32,000 nucleotides of DNA. Source: an uncultured Balneolaceae bacterium. Its GTDB lineage: Bacteria; Bacteroidota; Rhodothermia; Balneolales; Balneolaceae. Positions 15,544 through 25,838 of this stretch are shown piece by piece. Position 1 is the stretch's first letter; each line of letters begins with the position of its first letter. Position numbers and translations under genes: made by a program. The DNA is taken from the NCBI GenBank assembly GCA_938091655.1, contig CALKOA010000023.1:10662-42661 (forward strand), in the 5' to 3' direction. The notes under the pieces were generated by a model that saw only the letters and a program-made list of their open reading frames with translations, ran no database searches and was not told the origin of the DNA.

Positions 15544-17625
15544 CTAATTCGAGGCTATTCGATCTTCTAACGCTGCAAGTATAGATTTTGCTGCTTCGGT
15601 TATGGGTGTTCCTGGGCCAAAAATGGCAGTTACTCCGTCTGCTTTTAATTGAGCGTAATCCTGTTCCGGTATCACACCGCCTGCCACTATGATCATATCG
15701 TCGATACCTTGCTTCGTAAGGCCCTCGATTAGTGCTGGTATCAATGCTTTATGTCCACCGGCTAAACTTGATACCCCTACCACATGCACATCATTTTCGA
15801 TGGCCTGTTTTACTACTTCATCCGGCGTGGAGAAAAGACTACCCATATCCACATCAAATCCTAAATCTGCAAATGCGGTGGCAATGACTTTTGCTCCTCT
15901 ATCATGCCCATCTTGTCCCATTTTAACAATAAGCATGCGAGGTTGGCGTCCGAGTGACCGTGCTAATGTTCGTACCTGTTCTTTTAATTGCTCAAAAGCT
16001 GGATCTTTTTCATACACTTTGCTATATACTCCCTTTATTGTAGAATGATGTGCATTATGTCGCCCCCAAACGTGTTCTAGCGCTTCAGAAATTTCACCAA
16101 TGGTAGCTCGTGCCCGAGCGGCTTCAATAGCGACGGATAAAATATTTTGCTGGGATGATTTTGCAGCTTCTACAAGAGCGGCTAAACGTGTTTCTACAAG
16201 TTCATTATCTCTATTCTGTTTAAGAAGAGTGAGGCGTTTTTCTTGGGACTGCCGGACTTTTGAGTGATCTATGTCACGAACATCCATGGGTGTTAGGTCA
16301 AGGCTCTTATATTTATTAACCCCCACAATAGTTTCAATTCCTTTGTCTATACGAGCTTGGCGTATGGCTGCGGAGGCTTCAATTTTCCTTTGGGGAAAGC
16401 CCTGTTCAATAGCTCGTGTCATTCCACCCATGGCCCTGATTTCTGCAATAAGTTCTTTGGCTTTGGTATACAGATCATGAGTGAGTGATTCCATGGCATA
16501 GGAGCCAGCAAAAGGGTCTATGATGTGAGTTAGATCGGTTTCTTCTTGTAATATAAGCTGGGTATTACGGGCAATCCGAGCGGCTGTTTCTGTAGGCAGG
16601 GAGAGCGCTTCGTCGTAACTATTGGTATGAAGAGATTGAGTCCCACCAAAAATAGCAGCGATAGCTTCGACCGTAGTTCGTACGATGTTATTTAAGGGGT
16701 CTTGTGCTGTTAATGACCAACCAGATGTTTGGCAATGGGTGCGTAACATTGTGGATTTGGGATTTTTTGGCTCAAATAAATCCTGCATTAGTTCCGCCCA
16801 CAATTCTCTCGCAGCGCGTAGTTTGGCAATCTCTGTGAGCATATTCATTCCAATACCAAAAAAGAAGGAAAGCCGAGGAGCAAACTCGTCTACATCAAGA
16901 CCTCGATCAACAGCTGTTCCAACATATTCTAGTCCATTTGCAATAGTGAAAGCTAATTCTAGCACTTCATTCGCACCTGCTTCTTGCATATGGTAGCCTG
17001 AAATAGAAATCGTATTGAATTTAGGCATATACTGGCGTGTATAGTCAATAATATCGGAGACCAAACGCATAGACGGGGTAGGGGGATATATATAGGTATT
17101 GCGAACCATGAATTCTTTTAGAATATCATTTTGAATGGTTCCACTGAGTTGATCTTGGGAAACGCCTTGTTCCTCAGCTGCTACAATATATGCCGCCATA
17201 ATGGGGATTACAGCACCGTTCATCGTCATTGATACGGACATTTTATCTAGCGGAATCCCATTGAACAGTTGTTTCATATCTTCCACTGAATCAATAGCTA
17301 CACCAGCTTTTCCTACATCACCCACTACCCTTGGATGATCTGAATCATAACCTCTATGTGTGGCTAAATCAAAAGCTACACTCAGGCCTTTTTGTCCATT
17401 TTCAAGTGCATTCCGGTAGAAAGCATTGGACTCTTCAGCGGTTGAAAATCCAGCATACTGCCGAATAGTCCAAGGCCTACCAGTATACATGCTACTGTAT
17501 GGTCCCATGCGATAGGGAAATTCGCCTGGATTTTGTGGGTTAATACGTCTTTTAATGAGGTCATCAGGCGTATATAAAGCCTTTTTTTGGAGTTGTTCGG
17601 CATCTTGGGACAGAAATTCACTCAT
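15544..17625 (-). CDS. scpA: Methylmalonyl-CoA mutase, single-chain form with C-terminal B12-binding domain
   Basis: [33 protein letters not shown] and RIARNTQ, plus the B12-binding [24 protein letters not shown]...GVSSLAGGH. Confidence 0.95.
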   Translation of the reverse strand: MSEFLSQDAEQLQKKALYTPDDLIKRRINPQNPGEFPYRMGPYSSMYTGRPWTIRQYAGFSTAEESNAFYRNALENGQKGLSVAFDLATHRGYDSDHPRVVGDVGKAGVAIDSVEDMKQLFNGIPLDKMSVSMTMNGAVIPIMAAYIVAAEEQGVSQDQLSGTIQNDILKEFMVRNTYIYPPTPSMRLVSDIIDYTRQYMPKFNTISISGYHMQEAGANEVLELAFTIANGLEYVGTAVDRGLDVDEFAPRLSFFFGIGMNMLTEIAKLRAARELWAELMQDLFEPKNPKSTMLRTHCQTSGWSLTAQDPLNNIVRTTVEAIAAIFGGTQSLHTNSYDEALSLPTETAARIARNTQLILQEETDLTHIIDPFAGSYAMESLTHDLYTKAKELIAEIRAMGGMTRAIEQGFPQRKIEASAAIRQARIDKGIETIVGVNKYKSLDLTPMDVRDIDHSKVRQSQEKRLTLLKQNRDNELVETRLAALVEAAKSSQQNILSVAIEAARARATIGEISEALEHVWGRHNAHHSTIKGVYSKVYEKDPAFEQLKEQVRTLARSLGRQPRMLIVKMGQDGHDRGAKVIATAFADLGFDVDMGSLFSTPDEVVKQAIENDVHVVGVSSLAGGHKALIPALIEGLTKQGIDDMIIVAGGVIPEQDYAQLKADGVTAIFGPGTPITEAAKSILAALEDRIASN

Positions 17626-17684
17626 CGAATACGAATTAAGAGGTTTTGATGGGTAGAATGTGCAATAAACTAAGAAGTAGCCTT

Positions 17685-20600
17685 TTATGCTACATCTTCC
17701 ATTCGAACTCCTACCAATCGACTAACACCGGTTTCAGGCATCGTGACACCATACATCATCTCTGCCTTACTCATGGTTTTTTTATTGTGCGTAATAATGA
17801 TGAACTGAGTGTCATTTGAAAACTCTTTTATCATTTTAGCAAATCGTTCGATATTTGCATCATCTAAAGGAGCATCAACCTCATCCAATACACAAAAAGG
17901 TGAGGGTTTTACTAAATAGATAGCAAATAGTAATGCGATGGCGGTGAGTGTTTTTTCCCCTCCTGAAAGTTGGGAAATACCCGAGGGTCGCTTTCCCCTA
18001 GGTTGAGCTTTAATTTCAATACGAGCTTCTAGTGGATCTTCGGCATCTTGCTCTATAATCAAATCACAAAAGTCGTCAGCAAAGAACAATGTTTTAAACA
18101 CACGTTGAAAATTATTTCGAACTTCTTCAAAGGTTAAGTTAAAGCGCTCAGTGGCCGTGGAATTGATTTCATCGATGGTTTCAAGAAGTTGAATTTCGGC
18201 TTTCGTTAAATCTTCAATTTGTTCTTCATAGAAGTTTAATCGTTTGCTTTCCTCTTCATATTCTTCAATGGCAAGCGGGTTAACTTCTCCCAGGCTGTTC
18301 ACTTTTTGTTTGAGCCATGTAATTCGCTGTTTCATTTCCTCTGTACTTTTATCCTCAGGCAAAGGGTCACTTTCAAGCTGCTTAATGAGTAACCCGTAAT
18401 TTTCCCATACATGGTCGCGAAGGCTTTCACTTTGTAAATCCATTTTTTCCTTGGCCATATGTAAATGATGAACTAGTTCAATGTTCACTTCTTTTTGACG
18501 TCGTATTTCTTTGAGCTGCTTTTCTATTTCGTTAATGCTCCCCCGTACTATTGCAGCAGCTTCTTGTGTTTTAGATAAAGCCTGATCGGCCTCTTCTTTT
18601 TGGATAGTCGATTGCGCTAGTTTTTCTTTCCAGCTAGTTACTTGTTCGGTGTTTAAATTGATTTGCTGACTTGCCTTACCAATGCGTTCCTCACGATGCT
18701 CTATGCGTTGTTCAACTCCATTTATACTAATCTGAGCACGTTGGATTTCACGTTCATGATTCTCAATCTTATTGGTAATATCCTGATGTTTAAGTTGGGC
18801 ATCGTTATACCGGCTTTGTGCACCTGAACGCTGTTCTTCTAATGATTCTAATAAACTTTTTTGTTGTTCAAGTTTATGGTTATAGCCTTCAATATTTTGT
18901 TCGATTTCTTTTTGGGAGGGTGCTATGTTAGCAAGTTCTTGTTGGGCATTTCCCTCATTGGATTGAAGAGAGTTTTTTCGGTTAACCCGGTCGGTAATAT
19001 TCTTTTGGTAAACTTGTACCTTTGAACTCATAGAGTGTTTTTGCTGCTCTAATGTGCGAATCTGTTGTTCGAGATCTTTTAGTGCTTTATTGAGTACGGG
19101 TAAATCAATCTGTGCGCTTTTGTTTTCAATCTGTTCTAGATAGTCGGTGAGCTTCTGGAGCTCTTTTTGAATGTTAAGCTGCTGTTTCTCTAAACGCTCA
19201 ATCTTAGTTTTTAGGCTTACCCGCATACCTGCGTGGCTACTCTTACTGCCAGATGTATAAAAAGAGTGTCCACTACGAACATCTCCTTGTAAATTCACCG
19301 AGCTCCATTCTTTCTTTAGCTCTGTTTTATTCATATGCTCGACGTCCTCAAATACAAGAACATTACCCAATAAGAGTTGCTTTAGGGCAGAGTACTTTGC
19401 TTTACAATCCACATGATGAAACAAGCTACCATCAGCAACATCATAGGTAGCGGCAAGCTGTTGTAGAGGAATAAACGTAGCCAAGCCTTTTTTGTGTTCT
19501 TTTAACAATTTAGCAGCCGCAAGTGCTTCTTCCATTGTATCCACGACTAAATAATTTAGCATAGGACCAAGTGCCGACTCCAAAGCAACAGCATACGTCT
19601 CATCGGTTGAAAAAACATCACTGACGGTCGTCATGCTTTTAAAATTAAATCGCTGCTCTTCTAATAGATATTGGACACTCGATGGAAAAGCCTCATTTGA
19701 AGCAGCTAAATCTTGAAGAAGTTGCGACTCTGACTCGGCTGATGCTAAATCACTGCTAAGACTGCGAATCTGATCCTTCGTCTCGTTCTGAGTATGAGCG
19801 AATTGTTCTTTTTTTGAACGAGCCTCTTCTAACGACTTTTCCTGTTGGCTTCGATCGCTGAATATTCTTTCTAGCTGTTCATCTACCTTACGTTGTTGCT
19901 CAGTAATGGTAGAAATTTCATTATTCAAGTTAGAAATCTCAGACTCAATGCGTTCTAGATCACCTTCGGTATTTTCGAGTTTGGACTCAATTTTAATTCG
20001 TTTGGATTGAAGCTGAGTCAATTCATTTTTAGCTGCACTAATCTGAACTTCAAGCTCATATATTTCGTGGCGAACTTTGCTGTATTGCTGTTGGGTTTGA
20101 GTGTAAATGACTCTTGAATCTTCTAAACTTTTCTCAGATCGTGCTTGTTCTGTAGCAAATTCCACTAGTTTTTCCTGACTGTGTGTTCGAACTTGCTGTA
20201 ATTCTGCTAAATCCTTACTACCCTGTTCGATATCCCTTTTATATTCACTTAGAACTTTTTCTTCGCTTTCAATTTTTTGCTGGGCAATACGAATTTGGGT
20301 GGTAGCTTCTTGAACAGCTTCTGCTAGGGATTGTACTCTGCGTTGAGCTTCGGACTGTGCTCGTTCTTTTTCCACGAGGGCTTTTCGGGCCTGCTCATCT
20401 TCGGCTTCAAGTGTATTTAGTTTTTGCTGGAGCTGTGTTTTTTCAAGCTCTGCGGAGTTCACGCGTTCAATTAGTGGATTTAGCTCTTGTTGAATCCGCT
20501 CGTACTCATGCAAGCTAAGCGCTTTATCAAGTTTTTCTAGTTCTTCTTTATATCCTTTTGACTTAATCGCTTTCTCTGCTTGGATTTCTAGGCTTCGTGT

Positions 20601-21203
20601 TTTCTTGCGTAATTCAATTAATAAATCATCGATGCGTTGAAGATCTTTACGTGTTTCCTCAAGTTTTCTAAGGCTTCTTTTTCGCTGATCCTTATACCTC
20701 GTGACACCGGCAGCCTCCTCAAAAAGTTTCCGTCGATCGTTGTTTTTATCATTTAAAATTTCCTCTACCATCTTAAGCTCAATCACCGAATACGCATCCG
20801 AACCCATGCCCGTATCCATGAACAATTCCATGATGTCTTTTAATCGGCATGAAGTTCCATTTATAAGGTATTCTGAATCTCCAGATCGGTATAAACGACG
20901 AGTGATGGTGAGCTCTGAATATTCAATGGGTAAAATACCTTTATCATTTACAAAAGTTAGAGACACCTCAGCCATCCCTAGAGCTTTTTTTTTGGCTGTA
21001 CCATTAAAAATCACATTACTCATTGCCGAAGATCGTAATAACGAAGGTCGCTGTTCTCCCAGAACCCACCTTAAGGCATCTACAATGTTAGATTTGCCAC
21101 ACCCATTTGGCCCGACAATAGAAGTAATTCCACTATCAAAGCTCACTTTTGTTTTATGAGCAAAACTTTTAAATCCTTGTAATTCGAGTTCAGATATGTA
21201 CAA
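17685..21203 (-). CDS. smc: Chromosome segregation/condensation protein SMC
   Basis: Walker [22 protein letters not shown], long coiled coils, a hinge region, the C-terminal signature [16 protein letters not shown] and Walker [13 protein letters not shown]. Confidence 0.97.
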   Translation of the reverse strand: MYISELELQGFKSFAHKTKVSFDSGITSIVGPNGCGKSNIVDALRWVLGEQRPSLLRSSAMSNVIFNGTAKKKALGMAEVSLTFVNDKGILPIEYSELTITRRLYRSGDSEYLINGTSCRLKDIMELFMDTGMGSDAYSVIELKMVEEILNDKNNDRRKLFEEAAGVTRYKDQRKRSLRKLEETRKDLQRIDDLLIELRKKTRSLEIQAEKAIKSKGYKEELEKLDKALSLHEYERIQQELNPLIERVNSAELEKTQLQQKLNTLEAEDEQARKALVEKERAQSEAQRRVQSLAEAVQEATTQIRIAQQKIESEEKVLSEYKRDIEQGSKDLAELQQVRTHSQEKLVEFATEQARSEKSLEDSRVIYTQTQQQYSKVRHEIYELEVQISAAKNELTQLQSKRIKIESKLENTEGDLERIESEISNLNNEISTITEQQRKVDEQLERIFSDRSQQEKSLEEARSKKEQFAHTQNETKDQIRSLSSDLASAESESQLLQDLAASNEAFPSSVQYLLEEQRFNFKSMTTVSDVFSTDETYAVALESALGPMLNYLVVDTMEEALAAAKLLKEHKKGLATFIPLQQLAATYDVADGSLFHHVDCKAKYSALKQLLLGNVLVFEDVEHMNKTELKKEWSSVNLQGDVRSGHSFYTSGSKSSHAGMRVSLKTKIERLEKQQLNIQKELQKLTDYLEQIENKSAQIDLPVLNKALKDLEQQIRTLEQQKHSMSSKVQVYQKNITDRVNRKNSLQSNEGNAQQELANIAPSQKEIEQNIEGYNHKLEQQKSLLESLEEQRSGAQSRYNDAQLKHQDITNKIENHEREIQRAQISINGVEQRIEHREERIGKASQQINLNTEQVTSWKEKLAQSTIQKEEADQALSKTQEAAAIVRGSINEIEKQLKEIRRQKEVNIELVHHLHMAKEKMDLQSESLRDHVWENYGLLIKQLESDPLPEDKSTEEMKQRITWLKQKVNSLGEVNPLAIEEYEEESKRLNFYEEQIEDLTKAEIQLLETIDEINSTATERFNLTFEEVRNNFQRVFKTLFFADDFCDLIIEQDAEDPLEARIEIKAQPRGKRPSGISQLSGGEKTLTAIALLFAIYLVKPSPFCVLDEVDAPLDDANIERFAKMIKEFSNDTQFIIITHNKKTMSKAEMMYGVTMPETGVSRLVGVRMEDVA

Positions 21204-21248
21204 CGTTTACGGGGCTTAGGCTTTTAGCTTACTTGGAAGCCAAGAAAT

Positions 21249-21818
21249 TTAGACGGTCATTATTTCCGATTCTTTTTGCTGCAATAGTTGATCTACGTTA
21301 CTAGTGTGCCCATTGGTCACTTTTTGAACCTCTGCTTCTGCCTCAAATTTAGAATCTTCGGGTAAGGAATGGAGTTCGACTGCTTTTTTCACCGCGTCAT
21401 TGGCATCTCGGCGTGCATTACGAATGCTAATACGTGCTTGTTCAGATTTATCCTTAGCCACCTTGACTAATTCTTTGCGTCGCTCCTCGGTTAAAATAGG
21501 CAGAGGTATACGAATCAAATCACCATCATTCATTGGGTTGAGTCCCAAACCTGAGGACATAATCCCTTTTTCTATATCTGTTATAATACTTTTATCATAG
21601 GGTTGTACTAAAAGTAGACGTGGCTCAGGAGCTGAAATATTCGCTAATTGCTGAAGGGGGGTTTGGGCACCATAGTATTCTACTTGAATACCTTGAATTA
21701 AAGCGGGGTTTGCCTTGCCGGCACGAATATGCGAAAATTCTTTTTTTAAATACTGAACCGCATCGTCCATTTTCATTTCTGCTTCATCTACTATTTCTTG
21801 CAGTTCGTCCGCAATCAT
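21249..21818 (-). CDS. frr: Ribosome recycling factor
   Basis: Full-length match to the RRF pattern (IRAGKANPALI..., IRIPLPILTEERRKELVK..., IRNARRDAND). Confidence 0.97.
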   Translation of the reverse strand: MIADELQEIVDEAEMKMDDAVQYLKKEFSHIRAGKANPALIQGIQVEYYGAQTPLQQLANISAPEPRLLLVQPYDKSIITDIEKGIMSSGLGLNPMNDGDLIRIPLPILTEERRKELVKVAKDKSEQARISIRNARRDANDAVKKAVELHSLPEDSKFEAEAEVQKVTNGHTSNVDQLLQQKESEIMTV

Positions 21819-21962
21819 AATGTTCTCCTACCAAGTTTTTGTTCAACTGAGTTATAATAGTATCGCCTTCCCTACACATCTCCCTACGGGTTGATGTATG
21901 CCAAATACCACCTTCGAAAATACTAAATGTGTAGTATAAATCTTAATAATTTGTGGGGCAGT

Positions 21963-22682
21963 TTATTCCCAAATGACCGTGGTACCGTCATTACTTCCTT
22001 CGCAGACGATCTTTTTAAGTGTACCCTCTTTATTCATATTAAAGACGATGATCGGGGTTTCGTTTTCACGGCATAGAGTAAATGCTGTGAGGTCCATTAC
22101 GGATAAGCGTCTTTTTAGGACTTCATCGCCAGTAATAGTATCAAATTTAACCGCATCGGGAGTGGTTTCTGGGTCTGCGTCGTAAATTCCATCGACCCGA
22201 GTGCCTTTGAGTATTACATCGGCTTCTACCTCAATAGCTCGAAGGGCTCCAGCGGTATCGGTAGTAAAATAGGGGTTACCGGTTCCGGCACCAAAGATAA
22301 TGACTCGTCCTTTTTCTAGATGTCTGACAGCTCTTCGGCGTATAAATGGCTCCGCAATAGCCTCCATTCGAATAGCACTCATTAGTCGAGTCATTATTCC
22401 ACTACGTTCTAGTGCATCTTGGAGTGCCATCGCATTAATCATCGTGGCTAACATTCCCATATAATCACCTTGAACACGATCCATGCCTTCGGTAGCTCCT
22501 TTCACTCCTCGAAATATATTCCCACCACCAATTACAATACAGATTTCTATGCCTTGCTCGTGGATAGATTTGATTTCTTTTGCGTACTGATGAAGAATAT
22601 TCCCATCGATACCATGTCCCTGTTCTCCCAGTAAAGCTTCGCCACTGAGCTTCAAAAGTATGCGTTTGTATGTATTTGCCAC
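21963..22682 (-). CDS. pyrH: UMP kinase
   Basis: [41 protein letters not shown]. Start moved to GTG 22682. The track start (22727) is a TTG inside the stem of the tsf terminator. Confidence 0.93.
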   Translation of the reverse strand: MANTYKRILLKLSGEALLGEQGHGIDGNILHQYAKEIKSIHEQGIEICIVIGGGNIFRGVKGATEGMDRVQGDYMGMLATMINAMALQDALERSGIMTRLMSAIRMEAIAEPFIRRRAVRHLEKGRVIIFGAGTGNPYFTTDTAGALRAIEVEADVILKGTRVDGIYDADPETTPDAVKFDTITGDEVLKRRLSVMDLTAFTLCRENETPIIVFNMNKEGTLKKIVCEGSNDGTTVIWE

Positions 22683-22702
22683 GCTATTTGGATTTATAGG
22701 AT

Positions 22703-22733
22703 AAAAAAAAGCTGACTTGAAAATCAAGTCAGC
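22703..22733 (-). terminator. Rho-independent terminator downstream of tsf
   Basis: Minus strand reads GCTGACTTGA-TTT-TCAAGTCAGC-TTTTTTTT: a perfect 10-bp stem, 3-nt loop and U8 tract, beginning 20 nt after the tsf stop. Confidence 0.75.
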
Positions 22734-22753
22734 CTAATGTACTGAAATTTTAA

Positions 22754-23587
22754 TTAAGCGTCTTCGCCTAATTGAATTCGATGGAAGGACACAACAAGAG
22801 GTGCGTTGTTATCCTCTAAGTATTTTTTAACAGACAAGCTGTTATCTTTCACAAATTTTTGATCCAGAAGAACTCGCTCTTCATAAAAGCGACGTAGCTT
22901 ACCTTTTGCAGCTTTTTCCGCTATTTCTTCTGGTTTGCCTTCATTGATAAGAAGTTCTTTGGCTATTTCCAATTCTTTCTCTACAACCGAGGCGTCAACT
23001 TCAGCTTCAGTAACGGCAATTGGCTTCATAGCTGCAACTTGCATCGCCACATCTTTGCCGATTTCTGGGTCGATAGAAGGTCCGTCGAATTCGACAAGTA
23101 CGCCCAATTGATTACCTGGGTGAATGTAACTAACCATGGCGCCATCGGTTTGTGCAAGTATGGTAGTACTGATTTGGATTTTCTCTCCAATCTTGCCCGT
23201 CATGTCTTGAAGATGATCGGCTATACTGCGACCGTCAATTTCAATAGTTAACAATGCCTCAACAGACGCTGTGTTGTTGTCATAAGCTGCATTTAAGAAG
23301 ACATCAGCTTGTGCTTGAAAATCTTCATTCCGGGCTACGAAATCGGTTTCACAGTTGATCTCAATAGCCACTGCTTTTTTGGCATCATCACTAATTCGTG
23401 TGAGAATTAACCCTTCTTTGGCTTCACGATCGGCTCGCTTATCAGCTACTTTTTGGCCTTTTTTTCTAAGAATCTCAACAGCACTGTCAAAATCACCTTC
23501 GGCTTCTGCCAAGGCTTTTTTACAGTCCATCATGCCTGCTCCGGTCATGTCTCTTAGCTTCTTTACATCTGCGGCAGAAATGCTCAT
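22754..23587 (-). CDS. tsf: Translation elongation factor Ts
   Basis: N-terminal UBA-like VKKLRDMTGAGMMDCKKALAEAEGDFDSAVEILRKKG and a conserved core; located downstream of rpsB. Confidence 0.97.
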   Translation of the reverse strand: MSISAADVKKLRDMTGAGMMDCKKALAEAEGDFDSAVEILRKKGQKVADKRADREAKEGLILTRISDDAKKAVAIEINCETDFVARNEDFQAQADVFLNAAYDNNTASVEALLTIEIDGRSIADHLQDMTGKIGEKIQISTTILAQTDGAMVSYIHPGNQLGVLVEFDGPSIDPEIGKDVAMQVAAMKPIAVTEAEVDASVVEKELEIAKELLINEGKPEEIAEKAAKGKLRRFYEERVLLDQKFVKDNSLSVKKYLEDNNAPLVVSFHRIQLGEDA

Positions 23588-23632
23588 TTGTATGTCTCCA
23601 AGATTGAAAGTTTGGTAATTTAAATAGGTGAA

Positions 23633-24565
23633 TTATGCTTTTTCTTCTGAAGCGCTGTCTTCGGTAGTCGCTTCATCTGAGGTATTTTCCTGTGTAGAGG
23701 TAGCTGCGTTTTCTGCCTTCTCAACAGGTGCGTCTTGAGGTTCTAAGGTCTCAAGATTGCTGGTATCTTTTTTCTTGCGGCGAGAACGCAATTTGGTTTT
23801 AGGTTCTAGATCCTCGTCAGAATCTACTTTGGCATCCATGGCTAGTTCTTCCATATATGCCTCTTCTTCGTATGCTTCACGTTCAGCTGCTCCTTCGATA
23901 ATGGCGTCAGCTACCTGAGAGGTTACTAGCTGAATAGTTCGTGCAGAATCGTCATTACACGGCACAATGTAATCAGGAACATCAGGGTCGCTATTGGTGT
24001 CTACCATCGCAATGATAGGAATGTGCAGTTTAATGGCTTCGCTTACTGCTAAATGCTCTTTCTGAATATCTACGACAAAAATAGCACCTGGTAGGCGATT
24101 CATGTTGGCAATACCACCGAGTGTATTTTCAAGTTTTTCTTGCTCACGTGAAAGCATAAGGCGCTCTTTTTTGGTGAGCTCGTCAAAGGTGCCGTCTGTT
24201 TTCATACGCTCGATTTCTTCCATACGAGAAATGCTTTTTCTAACGGTAGCAAAATTGGTTAACATACCACCTAACCAACGGTGTGTTACATAAGGCATTC
24301 CAGCTCGAACCGCTTCGTTACGAATAATTTCGGTCGACTGTTTTTTAGTACCTACAAATAAAATTGTCTTTCCAGCACGGGATAATTTCTGGATTTCGTC
24401 GATAGCTTCTTGAAGATAATTTTGTGTCTTCTTTAAGTCGATGATATGGATCCCGTTGCGTTGCATAAAGATGAATTCTTTCATCTTCGGGTTCCATCGA
24501 CGGGTTAAGTGACCAAAGTGGGCACCTGATTGAAGTAGTTCCTGAATGGAGGCTGCTTTAGGCAT
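23633..24565 (-). CDS. rpsB: 30S ribosomal protein S2 with ~75-aa acidic low-complexity C-terminal tail
   Basis: [46 protein letters not shown]. The tail is rich in E/D/S/T/A. Confidence 0.97.
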   Translation of the reverse strand: MPKAASIQELLQSGAHFGHLTRRWNPKMKEFIFMQRNGIHIIDLKKTQNYLQEAIDEIQKLSRAGKTILFVGTKKQSTEIIRNEAVRAGMPYVTHRWLGGMLTNFATVRKSISRMEEIERMKTDGTFDELTKKERLMLSREQEKLENTLGGIANMNRLPGAIFVVDIQKEHLAVSEAIKLHIPIIAMVDTNSDPDVPDYIVPCNDDSARTIQLVTSQVADAIIEGAAEREAYEEEAYMEELAMDAKVDSDEDLEPKTKLRSRRKKKDTSNLETLEPQDAPVEKAENAATSTQENTSDEATTEDSASEEKA

Positions 24566-24592
24566 GGTATAATTGTGTTAGGTTATTCCTCT

Positions 24593-24681
24593 GTGTGGAT
24601 CAACTCTTTAAACCTATTAACAGGGTTGAATTGCTAAAAAAACAACTCTAACTGTTAACACCTAGTTAAAGATCACCACAC
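24593..24681 (-). promoter_or_regulatory. Structured element in the rpsB 5' leader (candidate ribosomal-protein leader)
   Basis: Nested inverted repeats. Outer pair GTGTGGATC (24593-24601) with GATCACCACAC (24671-24681). TTTAA (24607-24611) with TTAAA (24666-24670). Inner hairpin TTAACAG/CTGTTAA (24617-24623 / 24652-24658) plus GTTG/CAAC (24625-24628 / 24643-24646). Lies 28-116 nt upstream of the rpsB ATG. Confidence 0.3.
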
Positions 24682-24773
24682 ATGTGTTTTTGTGTGTCGA
24701 GCCGAGCTCTAATCGCAAAAAATCAACCAGTACAAAATAGAATTTATACAAGCTGATCTTTGTTATGTTCTTG

Positions 24774-25160
24774 TTATCGTTTACTGAATTGGAAACGTTT
24801 ACGCGCCTTTGGCTGTCCGTATTTCTTACGCTCCACCATACGACTGTCGCGTGTTAGAAGTCCATGCTCTTTTAGACGTGAGTGCATACCTTCTTGTTCC
24901 CCATCGATGGCACGTGCAAGTGCATGCTGTATAGCACCAGCTTGTCCTGCCTTTCCACCACCTCGTACGGTAACTTTGATGTCGAATTGTCCATCCATTT
25001 CAGTAATGTGCATCGGTGAAAGAGCGATATTACGCATAGCTTTTACCGGTAGATATTCTTCGATGGGTACGTTGTTAACGATAAATACACCTGTTCCTGG
25101 CTTTATGTATAAGCGAGCAGTAGAGGTTTTTCTTCGTCCTAGATAATTTGCTTGGGCCAT
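24774..25160 (-). CDS. rpsI: 30S ribosomal protein S9
   Basis: GRRKTSTARL...GGGKAGQAGAIQHALARA...LTRDSRMVERKKYGQPKARKRFQFSKR. Confidence 0.97.
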   Translation of the reverse strand: MAQANYLGRRKTSTARLYIKPGTGVFIVNNVPIEEYLPVKAMRNIALSPMHITEMDGQFDIKVTVRGGGKAGQAGAIQHALARAIDGEQEGMHSRLKEHGLLTRDSRMVERKKYGQPKARKRFQFSKR

Positions 25161-25166
25161 GATAGT

Positions 25167-25610
25167 TTAGAGCTCTACAATTTCAGGATTCTGTGCAGTA
25201 TGCTGATGAACAGGACCGGCATACACACGTAGATTTTTTAAAATTTTTCTTCCCAATTTGTTTTTTGGTAACATGCCTTTGACAGCCATAGTAACCAATG
25301 ATGTTGGGTCTTTTGCCATTTTTGCTTCGGCACTTGTAAATCGCTCACCACCTGGATAAAAAGTGTGGTGGAAGTACATCTTGTCCGTCATTTTTTTGCC
25401 GGTCAATTTTACTTTTTCAGCATTAATTACAATAACGTTATCACCTGTATCCATATGAGGAGTAAAGGTAGGTTTGTTTTTGCCACGTAAAATTGACGCA
25501 ACTACACTACTCAATCGTCCTAATGGTTGGTCTTCGGCATCCACTAAAACCCAGTTCTTGTCGATATCACTGGCTTTGGCTGAGTATGTTTTGAAACTTA
25601 AAGTATCCAC
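25167..25610 (-). CDS. rplM: 50S ribosomal protein L13
   Basis: W.LVDAEDQPLGRLSS..., NKPTFTPH.DTGD.VIVINA, GMLPKNKLGR. Start moved to GTG 25610, giving (M)DTLSFKT, the usual L13 N-terminus. The track start 25679 is a TTG adding 23 non-conserved residues. Confidence 0.93.
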   Translation of the reverse strand: MDTLSFKTYSAKASDIDKNWVLVDAEDQPLGRLSSVVASILRGKNKPTFTPHMDTGDNVIVINAEKVKLTGKKMTDKMYFHHTFYPGGERFTSAEAKMAKDPTSLVTMAVKGMLPKNKLGRKILKNLRVYAGPVHQHTAQNPEIVEL

Positions 25611-25838
25611 AGTATTTGTGTTTAATTGCTTTTTTGGAAAGACGTAAAAATTACGGGAAAAAAAACTACTTATCAACAATTATAATTACAAAGCTGTATG
25701 AAAGATGTTTTTCTTTGAAAGCATGACATATTCAAATGGAATCAGCAACATAATTTATCATTTTATGGCCTATTGCATTAGTATACTCCGTCATTACTTA
25801 TCAAACAGTCGAGTCTTTTCTAACCAAAAAAAGTTTGC

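Noticed and set aside
15689-17621. Several 69-119-aa ORFs (15689..16048, 16271..16480, 16685..16996 on the plus strand; 17382..17621 on the minus strand) inside the mutase gene
   Set aside because: They are embedded in, or out of frame with, a highly conserved 693-aa methylmalonyl-CoA mutase and have no independent signals.
19253-21159. Plus-strand ORFs 19253..19450 and 20701..21159 inside smc, and similar short ORFs inside frr, pyrH, tsf, rpsB, CotH, acnA and the FAD monooxygenase genes
   Set aside because: All are antisense or alternative-frame ORFs within genes that have strong homology signatures. None has a recognisable motif.
24760-25146. 128-aa plus-strand ORF exactly mirroring rpsI
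   Set aside because: Shadow ORF. The minus-strand frame encodes a canonical S9, and the plus-strand product is Cys/Arg/Pro-rich nonsense.
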